Below, piece after piece: positions 36,765 to 50,365 of a stretch of 64,000 nucleotides of DNA (positions within the stretch are counted from its first letter, which is position 1; the number at the start of each line of letters is the position of its first letter). The notes under the pieces were generated by a model, which made no database searches, was not told the origin of the DNA, and worked only from the letters and a program-made list of their open reading frames with translations. Origin of the DNA: Paraphysomonas bandaiensis (taxonomy: Eukaryota; Protista; Chrysophyceae); contig CBFFRP010000406.1 of assembly GCA_965644295.1 (NCBI GenBank), positions 124,001 to 188,000 on the forward strand, read 5' to 3'. The position numbers were made by a program, and so were the translations under genes.

Positions 36765-37790
36765 GAATATACACACATACATACTATATACATACATACA
36801 TACATACACACATACATACTATATACATACATACATACATACATACATACATACATACATACATACATACATACATACATACATACATACATACATACAT
36901 ACATACATACATACATACATACATACATACATACATACATACATACATACATACATACATACATACATACATACATACATACATACATACATACATACAT
37001 ACATACATACATACATACATACATACATACATACATACGTACATACATACATACATACATACATACATACATACATACATACATACATACATACATACAT
37101 ACATACATACATACATACATACATACATACATACATACATACATACATACATACATACATACATACATACATACATACATACATACAGACATACATACAT
37201 ACATACATACATACATACATACATACATACATACATACATACATACATACATACATACATACATACATACATACATACATACATACATACATACATACAT
37301 ACATACATACATACAGTACATACATACAGTACATACATACATACATACATACATACATACATACATACATACATACATACATACATACATACATACATAC
37401 ATACATACATACATACATACATACATACATACATACATACATACATACATACATACATACATACATACATACATACATTCATACATACATACATACATAC
37501 ATACATACATACATACATACATACATACATACATACATACATACATACATACATACATACATACATACATACATACATACATACATACATACATACATAC
37601 ATACATACATACATACATACATACATACATACATACATACATACATACATACATACATACATACATACATACATACATACATACATACATACATACATAC
37701 ATACATACATACATACATACATACATACATACATACATACATACATACATACATACATACATACATACATACATACATACATACATACAT
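36765..37790. repeat. (CATA)n microsatellite, about 1 kb
   Basis: Near-perfect tetranucleotide array with a few variant units, ending about 50 bp upstream of the sterol reductase ATG. Confidence 0.98.
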
Positions 37791-37841
37791 AGAGACTTGC
37801 AGGCGTTGTGGCTGATTGATAACAATATTTTCTTGAATACC

Positions 37842-39014
37842 ATGTGGACTAACGCACTGGTATCTGAAATAGCAGCATGCGCATTTGTTCAGGCAGGAAT
37901 AAGTGTGTCTGTCCTCCTGCTGCATGTTATTCTTCCAGGGAGACATGTAACTGGCTATTGCTGTGACCGGAATATGCAGCCTCTCTCCTATAAACTAAAT
38001 GGACTGCTGGTGCTGCTAGCTGTCGGTGCAGTGTTCACTGCTTCCCCTGTAACTGCGCAGGTGTTTTTGTACAATAATTACTACAAGTGTGTGTGTGGAG
38101 CGAATGTGTTCGGTGTGCTGCTGTCAGTTATGTTTTATATACGCGGCGGAACTGAAAAATACTTCAGATGCGTTACAATCGATCAGTTGAAAGATAAGAA
38201 TAAGTCGATTCCGCTTGCAAGTGACAATGTTAGTGAAGTGTCTAGGTTTTATTTGGGCTGTGAATGGAATCCCAGAATATACGGTGTTGATATAAAAATG
38301 TTATTGTATATAATCGGAGCAGTTGGACTCGAGCTGAACATATTGTCATGCTGCTCAGTTCAGTTTTATTCGTCTAATGGATATATATCTAATGGACTCG
38401 TGGTGTATGCTGTCATGTTTCTGTGGTTTTTACACGAATATATGCTATTCGAACGTGTTCATCTCTATACGTATGACTTATTTGCTGAAAAGCTCGGTTT
38501 CAAGCTAGTATGGGGTTGTACCGTATTTTATCCGCACTTTTACTGTATTGGAATGCATAGCCTTCTTGCTGCATCAAAAGACAATGACTTGCCTTATGGT
38601 GCGTGTTTGGCAGTTTTGTCATTGTTTTTAGTGGGGTGGTGCATTACGAGGGGGGCAAATCTGCAAAAGTATATGTGTAGAACATCTCCCGATTGCAAGC
38701 TGGTGTTTGGGGGTTTAATTGAACAGAGGACTATACCCGGCACTAGAATTCTTTGTAGCGGATTCTGGGGTGCGGCTAGGCACTTCAACTATGCTGGTGA
38801 AATTCTTCAAGGCATTGCATTAGCACTTCCTGGAACCTTTCTGGGATATACCCTCTTCTCCAAAATTTTCCCGTGGGTTTACCCATTGTTTTATATCACT
38901 CTCTTTGTTACTCGACAACACGATGATGACGAGTTGTGTAAGAAGAAGTATGGAGCCAAATGGGACGAATATTGTGCAGCAGTACCTTGGAAGATACTTC
39001 CTGGAATATGGTGA
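37842..39014 (+). CDS. ERG4/ERG24-family sterol reductase (Delta14-type), intronless
   Basis: FYLGCEWNPR, YTYDLFAEKLGFKLVWG, RGANLQK, SGFWGAARHFNYAGE, RQHDDDELCKKKYG..WDEYC..VPWKILPGIW. Confidence 0.9.
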   Translation: MWTNALVSEIAACAFVQAGISVSVLLLHVILPGRHVTGYCCDRNMQPLSYKLNGLLVLLAVGAVFTASPVTAQVFLYNNYYKCVCGANVFGVLLSVMFYIRGGTEKYFRCVTIDQLKDKNKSIPLASDNVSEVSRFYLGCEWNPRIYGVDIKMLLYIIGAVGLELNILSCCSVQFYSSNGYISNGLVVYAVMFLWFLHEYMLFERVHLYTYDLFAEKLGFKLVWGCTVFYPHFYCIGMHSLLAASKDNDLPYGACLAVLSLFLVGWCITRGANLQKYMCRTSPDCKLVFGGLIEQRTIPGTRILCSGFWGAARHFNYAGEILQGIALALPGTFLGYTLFSKIFPWVYPLFYITLFVTRQHDDDELCKKKYGAKWDEYCAAVPWKILPGIW

Positions 39015-39593
39015 ATATTTTTCCCAATTACGTGTTAGTCGATATAAAATCTAAAGAAGTGACAAAAATGCGCGGCGATATGGTGGTGCGTACATTTTTA
39101 AATTCAAAGCATTATCTGAAGTTGTATATGCAAAGATTTTGCGTTGTCCGAATTAACTGATTTTTATTGCAATCAACTCCATATGCTCATGTCATCATAC
39201 ACACATACAATAGAAACATATGATGTGACTCAGTGAGTCTGAGCGTCACCCTGACCTAATGAAGACTGCAATATGCAACGATAGCGGTTATTTGTTATTT
39301 GAGACATTGATGGCTTTATCACTTATCATTTATCATTCCTGTCCATGTGTACAGGTGATAGTAGATAGAAAACAGCACTAAAGTCTTCTTACAAAACTTG
39401 ATACTTAACCGTATTCTTATTACTCTCAAAATTGCTATATTTAAAATCCCAATTCGCCAACTTCCCATTATAGAAGCGGTTTGCCAATTAATTGATACCT
39501 GCTCCTTGCCAGCCATAAATAGCTAGCTTCATCTCATACTACTACGTACAGTACTTTATATTTGTCTTTGTACCACATAAATAGCTTCATAAA

Positions 39594-39870
39594 CAGGGCT
39601 GAGTAATAGTAATAATTAATTGATTTCCGATTAGTTGCAATTAACAGGCAATTATTGGCATTATTGCAATAATTGAAATTAAGACCGCAAATAATAATAG
39701 AAATTATACTTGATCGAAATTTTCTTTGTCAATGGGAATAATTGTAATATATTTGAGTGCGTTACTGCACATAATCATAAGCGGAACAAACTACATTCAG
39801 CTAGAGTTAAAGATTCAAACTTACTATATAGGACCATTAAGATGTGTTCAAATGTGTTCATTATGAAACG
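39594..39870. mobile_element. Left-end fragment of hAT-family element
   Basis: Starts CAGGGCTGAGTAA; collinear with 8750-9010 (GTTACTGCAC, CAAACTACA, ATGTGTTCAA). Confidence 0.65.
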
Positions 39871-39874
39871 CATA

Positions 39875-40860
39875 AGACCTCTACCTGTAACTAATCAGTA
39901 CACACTTTTTTATCCTACTATTTAACGCTACGGAAGCAGCTAGTGCGTCGCCGCAAGCACCAAGGTGCGACCACTTCCGCTCTGAGTTCGTAAGAAGGTG
40001 AACATCCCGGATGCTTGACTTCAGCAGGCAGCCCAATACTCCGGTTACTCTTCAGGTGGGCCCTGTCCCGAATGCCTGTTTATTCGTCAGGGCCCAAAGA
40101 CGTCTACACAAGTGACACTTATTGGTGTCCCTTGTACCACACAAGCATTCGGCTATGAGTGGGCAGAAGAATATCTGCTGACTATATGTTTGCGGCTCAC
40201 GTTAGTTTCCCACAGAGAGAATCTCTCCGGTATATGAAAGTCTGATTATTACATGAGTACGGTTGCGTACAGAAACTAGTTTATGTCTATAGACTAGCTA
40301 ATAACTAGATTTGCTATATACTACTAGTGGCGGGCAACCGTCTCGGGACTGCTTGTGCATCGCTGCGAGCACCATGGTGCAACCGTCCCTTGTAGTGAGG
40401 TTAGTCGGGGGGTCTACCTTTGTGCAATGTGTCTGGCGGGCCTGTGCCATGGATTATGTGGGGGGTGGGTGAGGCGAGATGTATTTGAGAGTGCAAGTCG
40501 GTGGTGGAGATGGTGCTGGTTGTTGAGGTGGGGTTTCGGCCACAAGTAAGGAGGAGTTGTTTCCGGAGTGGTTGCGCTTGCCTCTGTCGGGTCTGGGCTC
40601 TTGCAGAGAGTGTAGTTCGTGGGGTGGATGTCGCCTGGAGTAGCTGGAGTACTTTTTTGGTGTCGGGTGGGTATCCTGGGGCTGGCGTTGCTTTGCGTGT
40701 GTCGGGACCGGTGTCGCCGGTGCTGTGTCTACGTGTTGTGGTGTCTGTGTCCCCTATTGCGAAGCATGCGGAGCCCTCCATCATATAAGGGGAGTAGGAT
40801 AGGATACTTATCCCCCAGAACACCACGAAAAGGTGCGAGTCCGACTTTGTTGAGGGCATA
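39875..40860. mobile_element. Type A structured repeat with a nested type B element (40233-40804)
   Basis: Type A sequence TCTCCGGTA|CTTATCCCCCAG, contiguous in the 59122 copy, is split here by 572 bp flanked by TA on both sides. Confidence 0.8.
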
Positions 40861-41504
40861 AATATTACTACCTAAGACTTCTTCTCCTTATCCTCTTGCC
40901 ACAATAGGGCTCAATAGACAACCTGCATTTGTTCAATATATTTACTGTTGGACTGTTCGAAGATAGAACTATAGAATGCAATGTGAAATCTGTAAGAATA
41001 CGTAGTCAAATATACTACATCTATATATATAACTGTGAAACTGAAGACTGAAGTATCATGACAATGCAAGATATTAGAATATGGATCCTATTCTAGTATA
41101 TTCAGTATGTCACTTGAAGACAATGTACGAGAATACAGTGAAATATAGTGATGTACGAATGCTGTGATGATATTGAGAAACTGAAATAGTTATCTTTCAA
41201 GATATGTTCAGTAACGAGAGGTTCGCATATGTAGGATATTACGCAGGGATTATAATGAGTTAGTGTTGGTTATCACAACTTCGTGTAAACGATATTAATA
41301 AATCTATCTAGTCTTACGACAATTTCTCTCTGTGATCTAGCTTAAAATGAGCAATTATGCATCAATATAAGATATAGAAGTTGATCAGAGGTTGCGTTAA
41401 AAGAAGTATAAATTACATGACAACGAACAATTGCCTATACGCAATAACAATAATCTATCTATCAATTTTTTTTTCTTGTTCAACTATCTAAAACAACAAA
41501 ATGT

Positions 41505-44500
41505 TCAAAAGCCAATATTTACAGACATTACTGTATCAAAACAGTTGTGAACTTCCTGCTTTACAAAGTCAAACTTCTTACCCTCCCCATCTTTCATCCA
41601 GAACTGCTGAAATATTTATAAAATGAGTTCACTTAAACTAGATAATATCGTCAACTTTCTACAATTATATAAAGAATGTACAATAAATGTCAGAACAATA
41701 TCAACACATTGAACAACGCTAGACTGCAATAATGCCAAGCGATACCATGACAGCAGCATCTCTAACTATCACCGCGTCTCTAACCTACGGATGTTATAAT
41801 GGGATCAATGCGCCTACACGCCTATAATACATAGATTTCGTTCTGTGTGGTATGATCACGCTGCGCCTCCAAGTTACCACCTTCGTACGGATTATCGAGC
41901 GAGTTCCTGATTTTCGGCGACTTTTCAACCATAGTAGCAGGAGGGCTTCCAGGTTGGGTAATTTTATCTGCACTGGAAGCCTTTTTACCGTTGATCATAG
42001 GTTCGCAACCAGCACAAACTATATCTCCCCTCTGTGAATTGTCGAGACTGTCTACTTGGCCATCTAAGCTGTACCTCCTCTCTTCCAATTCGCCTTTCTT
42101 AACATCACTGCTACTAACCGGTAGATTTCCCATGTTAAAATCTTTGGTATACTGATCAACAATAACAGGAGTATCGGTGCCACCGGTTTGGTTAGAACCT
42201 CCAATCAGTGTTGACTTATAATCTTGGATTTCGCTAGCTTTATCATCGTCACTACAACGACCATTATCATGTGTTTGCCTATGCATTTTATACTCTGCCA
42301 TGGGACTAGTCTCTCTGTCATGTTGTAGTTTTTTTCTACGACTGTGACCCTTGTAAGATGTATCTCTGTTCTTGTCACTTCCCTCCACCGTGTCATCTAC
42401 TCTGACTGCAATAGCAGCTTCTTCATCGCTACTATATAGTCGCTCATCGGTGGCTCTACACTTTCTAGTCTTTCTATTCACTGGTGACAAGCGACTGTCA
42501 CGGGCACTTTTTCTGTGTCTATTCCCCGAGGACAGAGCGCTGTGCTTATCTCGTTTAAGTTTTCTCGCCCCATCTTCAGGAGAATTATCACGACTGTAAG
42601 TGTTATATTCAGTTCTTTCTCTCGTATTACGTCCAGTAGAACGAGGTCTTATGTCGCTAGCTGGTACCAAATTTAACTCTTTGTCGTGATATTTCTTCCT
42701 CTTACTGGGGGATCTATACTTTGCACGGGAATGTTTACGATCAGGACTCTGACTGCCATGCCACGTAGGCTTTTCATAACCCATCGAATCATATTCGCAC
42801 TCGCCATCATCTGCACCGTCGAATCTCAAATTATCTCTGCTATCAACTCGATGGCGTTCGTATTTTCGTCTTCTGGATTCGTGATGACGGTGTCCATCAT
42901 ATGAAGGGTCATTATAAACTACCCTTGAGCTGGGTGCATACTTGTCCACATCGTTCATCCGGTCAGGCAACGGGAAATCATAGTACTCTTCTTCCGTTTT
43001 ATCCTTATGAGAGTATTGTCGACTGGATCTCCGACTACTTCCAATCTCGTAATGATGTTGTTTGATACTACCAAATTGTCAAACAGCATAAAAAGAGGGA
43101 ATCGACGCCTACCTCCTTGCAGCGTAGGATTCGTAGTCTCTCTGGCTTACCTCTCTCGACGTTGCTATAATACACATTATTATTATTTTACAATTACACT
43201 CACATACAGACCAGCACTCCTTAACACAGGGGTGTCAAGAGTTTTTCGTGACGAAGAAGTTCCTGTACACGAGCTATAAGTTTGTGATGGAAATCAAGAA
43301 CACGCCACACCCTTTGAGTAGGACAACCGAAGGTTCGAAAGGTTCAAGGGTGTAACAATTCGATTAGTTGAAGCCACGCTATCGGCACGAATAGAAGACA
43401 AAAGCGGGGTGGTGGAAGAACCTGATGATCTATTAATGAATGAAACTCAGTGCACGTTATGACAAACCATTGTGAGCAGATAATATATTCAACGCAGTTT
43501 CAATGCATTCTTCCGCTCCTTTGTTTACCATATGATCGAATACTCGTTTTCCTGCAATATGTGGGTTCATAGACCACTCCTTCAAGCACTCCACCGAAAT
43601 CCCTGCACTTTGCAGCTGGTTTGATAATGACCCCGATTCCACAGACGTACCAAGCCAAATACATCTTTCATACAGAGCTTCTAATGCTGATGACGACGCA
43701 TGAACACAATTATCTACAATATTAGGTTGGCTTGGCAACTCCAAACTTTTCCAGTCGACAAACATTAGATATCTAAGTGATTTCGGATGGGATAGAGAAG
43801 GGTTAGTTGAGCCAATGACTTTGCGCCTAAAAGTCTCCCAATTCATAAGTTGATCTTCCCACTCCACTTGCATGTAGTGTGTGGTCTGTCCAGGGAAAGT
43901 ATATTTAGCACGCATTGCCATATAAAATCCATTAATGCAGTATATTCCCCTCATACTAGACTCTTTTTCAATCAGCCCGCAGTAAAACCCTCGGTCAAAT
44001 CTAATGATGTTTCCTTTCTCAACAGAGACCATCCAAGCAGAATTGAGCTCTTCATGACTCATTCCTAATGCGGCTGCTGTGTCGACTGCATTTAGCACAG
44101 CTCCCGTGTGAAGCGCATCCGACCAGCTAATTCCAAATTTCTTTTGAAATCTGATGAATGCAGTAGCAGGAAGAACCAACTCCGTCGGCTTTTGGAGGTA
44201 TGCTCTTCTGGCAATATCTGCGTACTGCTTGTCTATCACGGTGTTCTTTTCAATAACGGATGCTGCCACACCACCTTCTTCCACAACAAAAAATCCATTT
44301 TTAACAAGCCAGTCGCGAGTAAACCCCACAACGGTACTCGTACTGGCACCAGGTTTGAAAAAAAGAAACGCGCTATTGCGCCTGATCTGTGTCCCACGCC
44401 CCGGACTCTTTACAGCTATACTTTACGTTAAATACAAAATTTTAATGATAATATTTTTACCAGAGTTACTAATCTCTATGCGTGACATATAGTCTCGAGA

Positions 44501-46033
44501 GGAGAGGGGATACATCACTACAAGCAACACGGGTGTGAGAGAATTAGTTGGTCACTAACTGGAAATCCATACCATCTGTGGCTGTAAATATTTCCTTGAT
44601 GATATCCAGGCATGCATGACAACCGAGGTTCTCCAATCGGTCGAATACACATTGCCCTTTCACTCCCGTGTTATTTATCCAGTCCTCAACAACCTGGGGT
44701 GTCATCCCAGCGCTAAACAGCCGACAGCCAAGTGGATCCGACATCCAAGGACTGCCCAACCAATTACATCGCTCAGCGAAAGCTTCAAAAGCCGAAGCAG
44801 ATGCGTGAAGAGCATTTTCCTTTATATTAAGCGGTCCATGTAGGCCCAGCTCGCGCCACTCTCGGTGTATGATGCCCCGTAGAGACTCAGGATGTGCGGC
44901 CTCTGGATCGGTGCATCCAATGACGTCGTCGCGAAACACCGCCCAGCTCATATTGCGATCCTCCCAAACCACTGAGCAGGAATATACGCTGGCAAGAGTA
45001 GCCGCATACTCTGCACGCATTGCTGGATAAAACCCATTTACACAGAAAATGGCTGTCTTGTCAGGAATGTCATCAATGCGACCGCAATAGAAACCTCGTC
45101 CAAATCGGATCACGAGCCCTCCCCTCCAACTCCGCATCCAGGCCTCCATCAACTGCAGATGGTCAATCTCGAGCATAGAACAGGTACCTGTAGCATTTTT
45201 AACCAACCCTTGCTCAAGGGCGGTATGCCACGTCAACCCAAACCTCTCATAGAAATTTTGCTGACACACTGGTGACACATCCAGTTCATGAGGCTTCAAA
45301 AGAACAGCTCGTCGCCCGATGGAAGAGTACTGTTTATCAAAGCACTGCAACACGCGACTACCGGATATTATTTTCTCTTCTACTAACAGGAGCCCCTTTG
45401 AGTACAGCCAGTCGCGTAAAAAACTTTGTGTGGAAATATTGTTGGCATGCGGTTTGAGGTACAGAAAGGCTTTGTTTACAATTTTGACATTGCCTGAGTA
45501 TTAATTTAAGCAGTCATTACATTTAATAGATGTCAACCACCTCCTTGTTGTCTTGGAGTCATTTCCGAACCTAGTTTTCGTAGGGCATGAGTATCTTCGC
45601 TGAACCGAGAACTTGTAAACGTCAGGACCACTTTAATGAAATTAGACAAGAGAATACTCACGTTAATTGGGATGTGGTATCAACAGACATGCTGTCGCCT
45701 GCCTTTAGAGGAGACTTGAACGTGATGTACTTGCCCACCGTTCCAATCGGCGAAGGCATAGTGCGATTCTCCTCATCCTCTTGATTTCCATCCACATGTG
45801 TGTGCTCATATCCTTTCATTCTCTTCTTCCAGTAAACAATAAGACCAAAACAAATCAGAGCTGAGACAAACACAGTCAAATTCACCGCAATACACTTCAC
45901 TGATACTTAACATACCAACAAAACCAACAGCAAGGGAGGTGCCTATTATTATAGCAAGGTAGAGGCCGAAGTTGTTGTTCTCGTATGCGTGGTGATCATA
46001 TGATCGGGTGGGTGCTGGAGATGGACTCGACAT
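41505..46033 (-). CDS. Multi-exon protein with N-terminal TM segment, two tandem atypical nucleoside-diphosphate-kinase-like domains and a long charged tail
   Basis: Two repeats of F..KP..RDWL, RF.RGFYCG, NGFY.AMRA, W..FR..VIG.T(D/N)P....P.SLR, N(AL/CV)HAS.SA.EA. The 3' exons and true stop codon are uncertain. Confidence 0.7.
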
Positions 46034-46493
46034 ATCTGCACTCCTCTATGATACGATGCGATACGATACGCTACCCTAAACAAGAACCATCTCTTACTTC
46101 ATATTGCTCCTTCGCTATTGGTTAATAGGCCCGCTAACTCACTCACTTCACAGAAGTGCAACTTCCGCTCGTGAATACGGTGGAATACGGACTGAGGTTA
46201 TACTGAATAACTGTCATATCCAGAGGATATTTCTGTAGTTGGGGTATACTTGCATACGGGCCGTAGGAAATAAGGTAGATGTGGTGGTGACGGGTCAGAT
46301 GCGCAACACGACAGCATAAGGGCACTTGTGTGTGGGTTTTATAGTTGTGGTGTGGGAAATCTAGATGGTATTTTTACACCACACCTCAACAAATACACTG
46401 GACCAGTCCGCAATCCTTGTATATAATATTCACAGGTAGTTTTACTCTTACACTTATCAAGTAAGGAGCGGGCGAGAGTAAATAAATTTAACT

Positions 46494-47195
46494 ATGGCCG
46501 ACTTACCTCGCCGAATTGTGAAGGTTGGTATATGTGGCCATTGTTAACATTAAGTAACGTTTGTGAGACAGGAAACTGAGAGACTTCTTGATGCGCCAGG
46601 TTATTTTATTATAATATTCCGTGTATATTTGTATGACGTTCACCGGTTTCTAGTTGCTGGCGTGAGTGCTATTCCTTATGCAGATAATCTCCGGCATTTC
46701 AATGTTGCCATAAATGGCCCCGAAGGTTCACCCTATGAAGGTGAGGTGTATGTTTGGAAATGTCCGCTAGGGCACTCATCACATAATGAAATTAGGTGGC
46801 ACATTTCGTTTGGAGCTTTTCCTTACCGCAGATTATCCTATGAGCGCCCCTAAAGTTCGATTCCTGACTAAGATATACCATCCTAATATTGACAGACTGG
46901 GCCGCATCTGTTTAGATATTCTAAAGGTTACTGCGCGATCTACTTTTGTCGACTGTTTTTATATCTTTCTAGGACAAGTGGTCACCCGCCTTGCAAATAA
47001 GAACGGTCTTGCTTAGCATCCAAGCCTTGCTATCTGCACCGAACCCCGATGACCCCTTGGACAACAATGTTGCTGAACAGTGGAAGACTAACGAAGGAAG
47101 GGCATTAGAAACCGGTATTTGCGTTGAAATATATAGTTTTGATATACTAATTCTTACATATAGCCCGTCAGTGGACTTTGAAGTATGCCATGTGA
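46494..47195 (+). CDS. UBE2N: Ubiquitin-conjugating enzyme E2 N (Ubc13)
   Basis: [75 protein letters not shown]; 5 short introns. Confidence 0.95.
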
Positions 47196-47367
47196 TAGCC
47201 ACAAAAAGAAGCTGATATGGTACAGAGTGCAACGTATCGCAACTAGAAGTAAGAATTTAAGACTGTAGCTACTTCGAAGTATCTGGTCGTCGGTAGAAGG
47301 CAATGTAGGAGTAATTAATAATTAGTAGAAATTTATTATTATTGGTTATCGGTTTTATCATTGAAAT

Positions 47368-48144
47368 CAGGGATAGGGAACAGTATATTGCAATACTATT
47401 GTTAGATAGCGTTCCATCAAAAGTATTGATGAATTTTTAAACCGGTCCTACAATACAATTACAATATATTGCAATATATTAGTATGACTAATCAGTAGGT
47501 AAACACATCCGTTGATTTCATTTTTAGTATTAGCCATTAAGATCACATGACAACCAAACCAACTGCTACTTATAGCTACTAAAAATCCACCTCGTCCTCA
47601 TCCTCTGAGGCATCATCGGTGACGTCAACATCACCATATTCATTCACAGAATTAATTGAAATATGCTAGTATCCGGCCATAACTGTCGAATAGCATTCAG
47701 AAACAACAGCATATTAAGTAGGATGGATACTTTTGCGCAACACTGATATAATATGTTTAGCTGTGCTGAACAGACGTTCCCATGTATTGGAAATACATAC
47801 CAGGGCCAGGCAACCGTTAATGACTCGTGGATCTGTACGTTCCTTAAGTTTTTGAGCTGACTGAAGGTTTTTAGTCGCATAGTCAACATCAGCTTAATTA
47901 TCCTTTGTAATGTTGTAATCAATTTCTCGGTTATTTATATCCATTTTGCACCCTACAGTTGAGAATCTTCTCTTATATGACTATCATAATATTGATTGCA
48001 ATATATTGCAATAGTATTGTGAGCTCTTTTAACAGAAACACTATTGATGGAATATTTGACCAGTCCACCAATCAATATATATTACAATATATTGCAATAT
48101 ATTGTACAATGTATTGCAATACAATATATTGTTCCTTATCCCTG
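47368..48144. mobile_element. hAT deletion derivative retaining a transposase C-terminal remnant
   Basis: TIRs CAGGGATA(G/A)GGAACA(G/A)TATATTG; perfect 8-bp TSD ATTGAAAT (47360-47367, 48145-48152). Minus-strand remnant ERLFSTAKHIISVLRKS, then frameshifted NMLLFLNAIRQLW and an acidic tail (about 47578-47790), matching the hAT dimerisation motif. Confidence 0.92.
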
Positions 48145-48242
48145 ATTGAAATGGTATACATCCAAGTATTGGTAATGCGAATTTCAAGTAAAAATAGTCA
48201 CCAAGTCTCTCGTTTTTGAAAACGGGATCTAGCTATATTGAC

Positions 48243-48410
48243 ATAGTCAATTTGGTGTAATTTTTTAGTCACACCAAAAATAGTATAAAAACCTAGTCAA
48301 GGGGCTGAATATTTAGTCATTAAACAATTCATACTTTCGGTTTACAATGACTAGGTAATCATGGTATTCACCTGGTCAACAATTAGTGAATACAGATATT
48401 GAATTATCCC
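48243..48410. repeat. Dispersed TAGTCA-rich repeat (inverted homolog of 36050-36245)
   Basis: Direct by-eye alignment to 36084-36245. Confidence 0.75.
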
Positions 48411-50365
48411 CATTTTGTATTAAAGAAAGTACTTTTTGGCCTGATTTAGGTTTAATAGAACACTCATAATAGCATAGGGTATATATAGACATTCAACTTC
48501 AATATTCGGTTTAACAGAAACTCTCATCTCACTTAATTATAATATTGACATACATATTGACAGTCATTTTAATGTGATTTCACTACATTTTATACAATTT
48601 TAGAGAACATCACCCTTATGTACAAATTTTAATACCTTACAGTTGATATTCTCCCTTCGTATCCTTCTGTGATAGAGGTACATTCGTTGTTATTACTGAA
48701 ATTTGGAGACTTATTGTTATGAATTAATCTTGTACAATTTCCATTCACATACCATTGATTTGAAACAGTACTTTTTTTATTAGCTTTCGTAATATTGATC
48801 AGGAAACACTTATTTCCTATTATAGCAAGCAAACTGCTAATAGCTAAATTATCCAGATATTAGGTTTTCAACATCATGAGCATGCTCTACAATTTAACCT
48901 AGGGAAAAGGAGTACAGCCCCTTGTCCAAATTTTAAAATTCGCTTTCGTTTCAAAAGTTTGGGCGCCCACTTATTACTCGTGGTTAAATATAACTGTATT
49001 TATTACTTTGACTAGAGTTTTACACTAAAACTATAGTGACTAGGTCATTCAACCAATTTGATTAGATTGAATCATATATTCCGTATTTCGTGATAAGATA
49101 ATATGAATTGTGTCAGAGAAAACTGAAATATTTTGAGTGTATAAGATTGTGACTATCTAAAATCTGATAATATTGATTGGTAGTAGAGAGAATATGAATG
49201 CAAAATATATCAATTAATGATACGAGATGTTCACTATAGTTTTACTAATTCTATTGCATGATTTCAAGTTCTGCTACTTAAAGTTGCTTATTAGGAACAT
49301 TTTTTCCCTATAACTGGGGTAATGATGTCATGATTAGTACGTTATACGTTATCTCCCAAACCAAGATCACTTGCTACCCAGCACTCTATGCTATAATGCG
49401 CCTCGCTAGACCATTATCTATTCTAGAAATTATCTATTGTATCTCCCAGGTAACATCAACCTAGACAAGAAGTGAATGACTCATCCACTCAATATAGTCA
49501 AGAACAATGTAAAAACACAATATGAATCGACCAAAGTGAATTTCAAAATGATGGCTCGCGAAAAATAGTCGTAGCTCGAGAGAAAAACATTTTTCATACA
49601 GCTCAAGAAAAAAATGTACTGAATTTTTTATAGTGAAGAGAAAATGGCAGAGCGATAGCACCATCGTTGAGTACTACCCAGTCCTGGCCTTAGCAAACAC
49701 TGATGTAACCGGAACTGTAGTACAGAATATTATATCGCGAATACAAGTAAAGTTACGGTCTTACTCTTATCTCCACCACTTAACGATTTGTTATAAAAGA
49801 CTCCTTCGCGAGCAAGTGCCTTGCTACGGGCTGGCTCCTATCATACAATCCATACATAAGTTAAGTAATACTCTATCCATTTATTACCTTCAAAACTCTC
49901 CTGAGGACTTTGGAGGACACATTGACATACTGGAGGTAGTTTAAGTTGCTCTGTCGCCAATATGCCTGAGCATTTTGAGCAATGTATTTGCCAGTTAAAG
50001 ACATCGTTACAATAACACTCAGAGAATAGCACGAACAAATATCAAGGTTTCGGAAGGGTCTTTACAGTGCCGATAACTCACTCGTGAAATCTACGAGTGG
50101 AGCTGTCGTGCTGCTGCTGCTGCTCAGCTGTATGCTTCCAGAGTCCAGAGAGCCTTTTTCTGTACACAAGTGGAATACAGAGATATACCAACCCTGTACT
50201 GTAATACGCACATACGGCATACGGCATATACCACATATACGGCACTGGTACAATGAGGTATGTCCAGAGCTGATATCGGTAGCAGTGGATTATTAGCTGG
50301 GCACGGAATGCAGTAGTGGGCACGATAGAAAAGGACATAATCATTGGGAGAAGTCTACGGCGAGA

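Noticed and set aside
36719-37946. Long MYVC/HTYI-repeat ORFs (also 22686-23044)
   Set aside because: Artefacts of stop-free (CATA)n microsatellites.
40355-40861. GC-rich ORFs inside the nested element (also 58619-59432)
   Set aside because: No transposase, RT, recombinase or Rep motifs; the frames are not preserved between copies.
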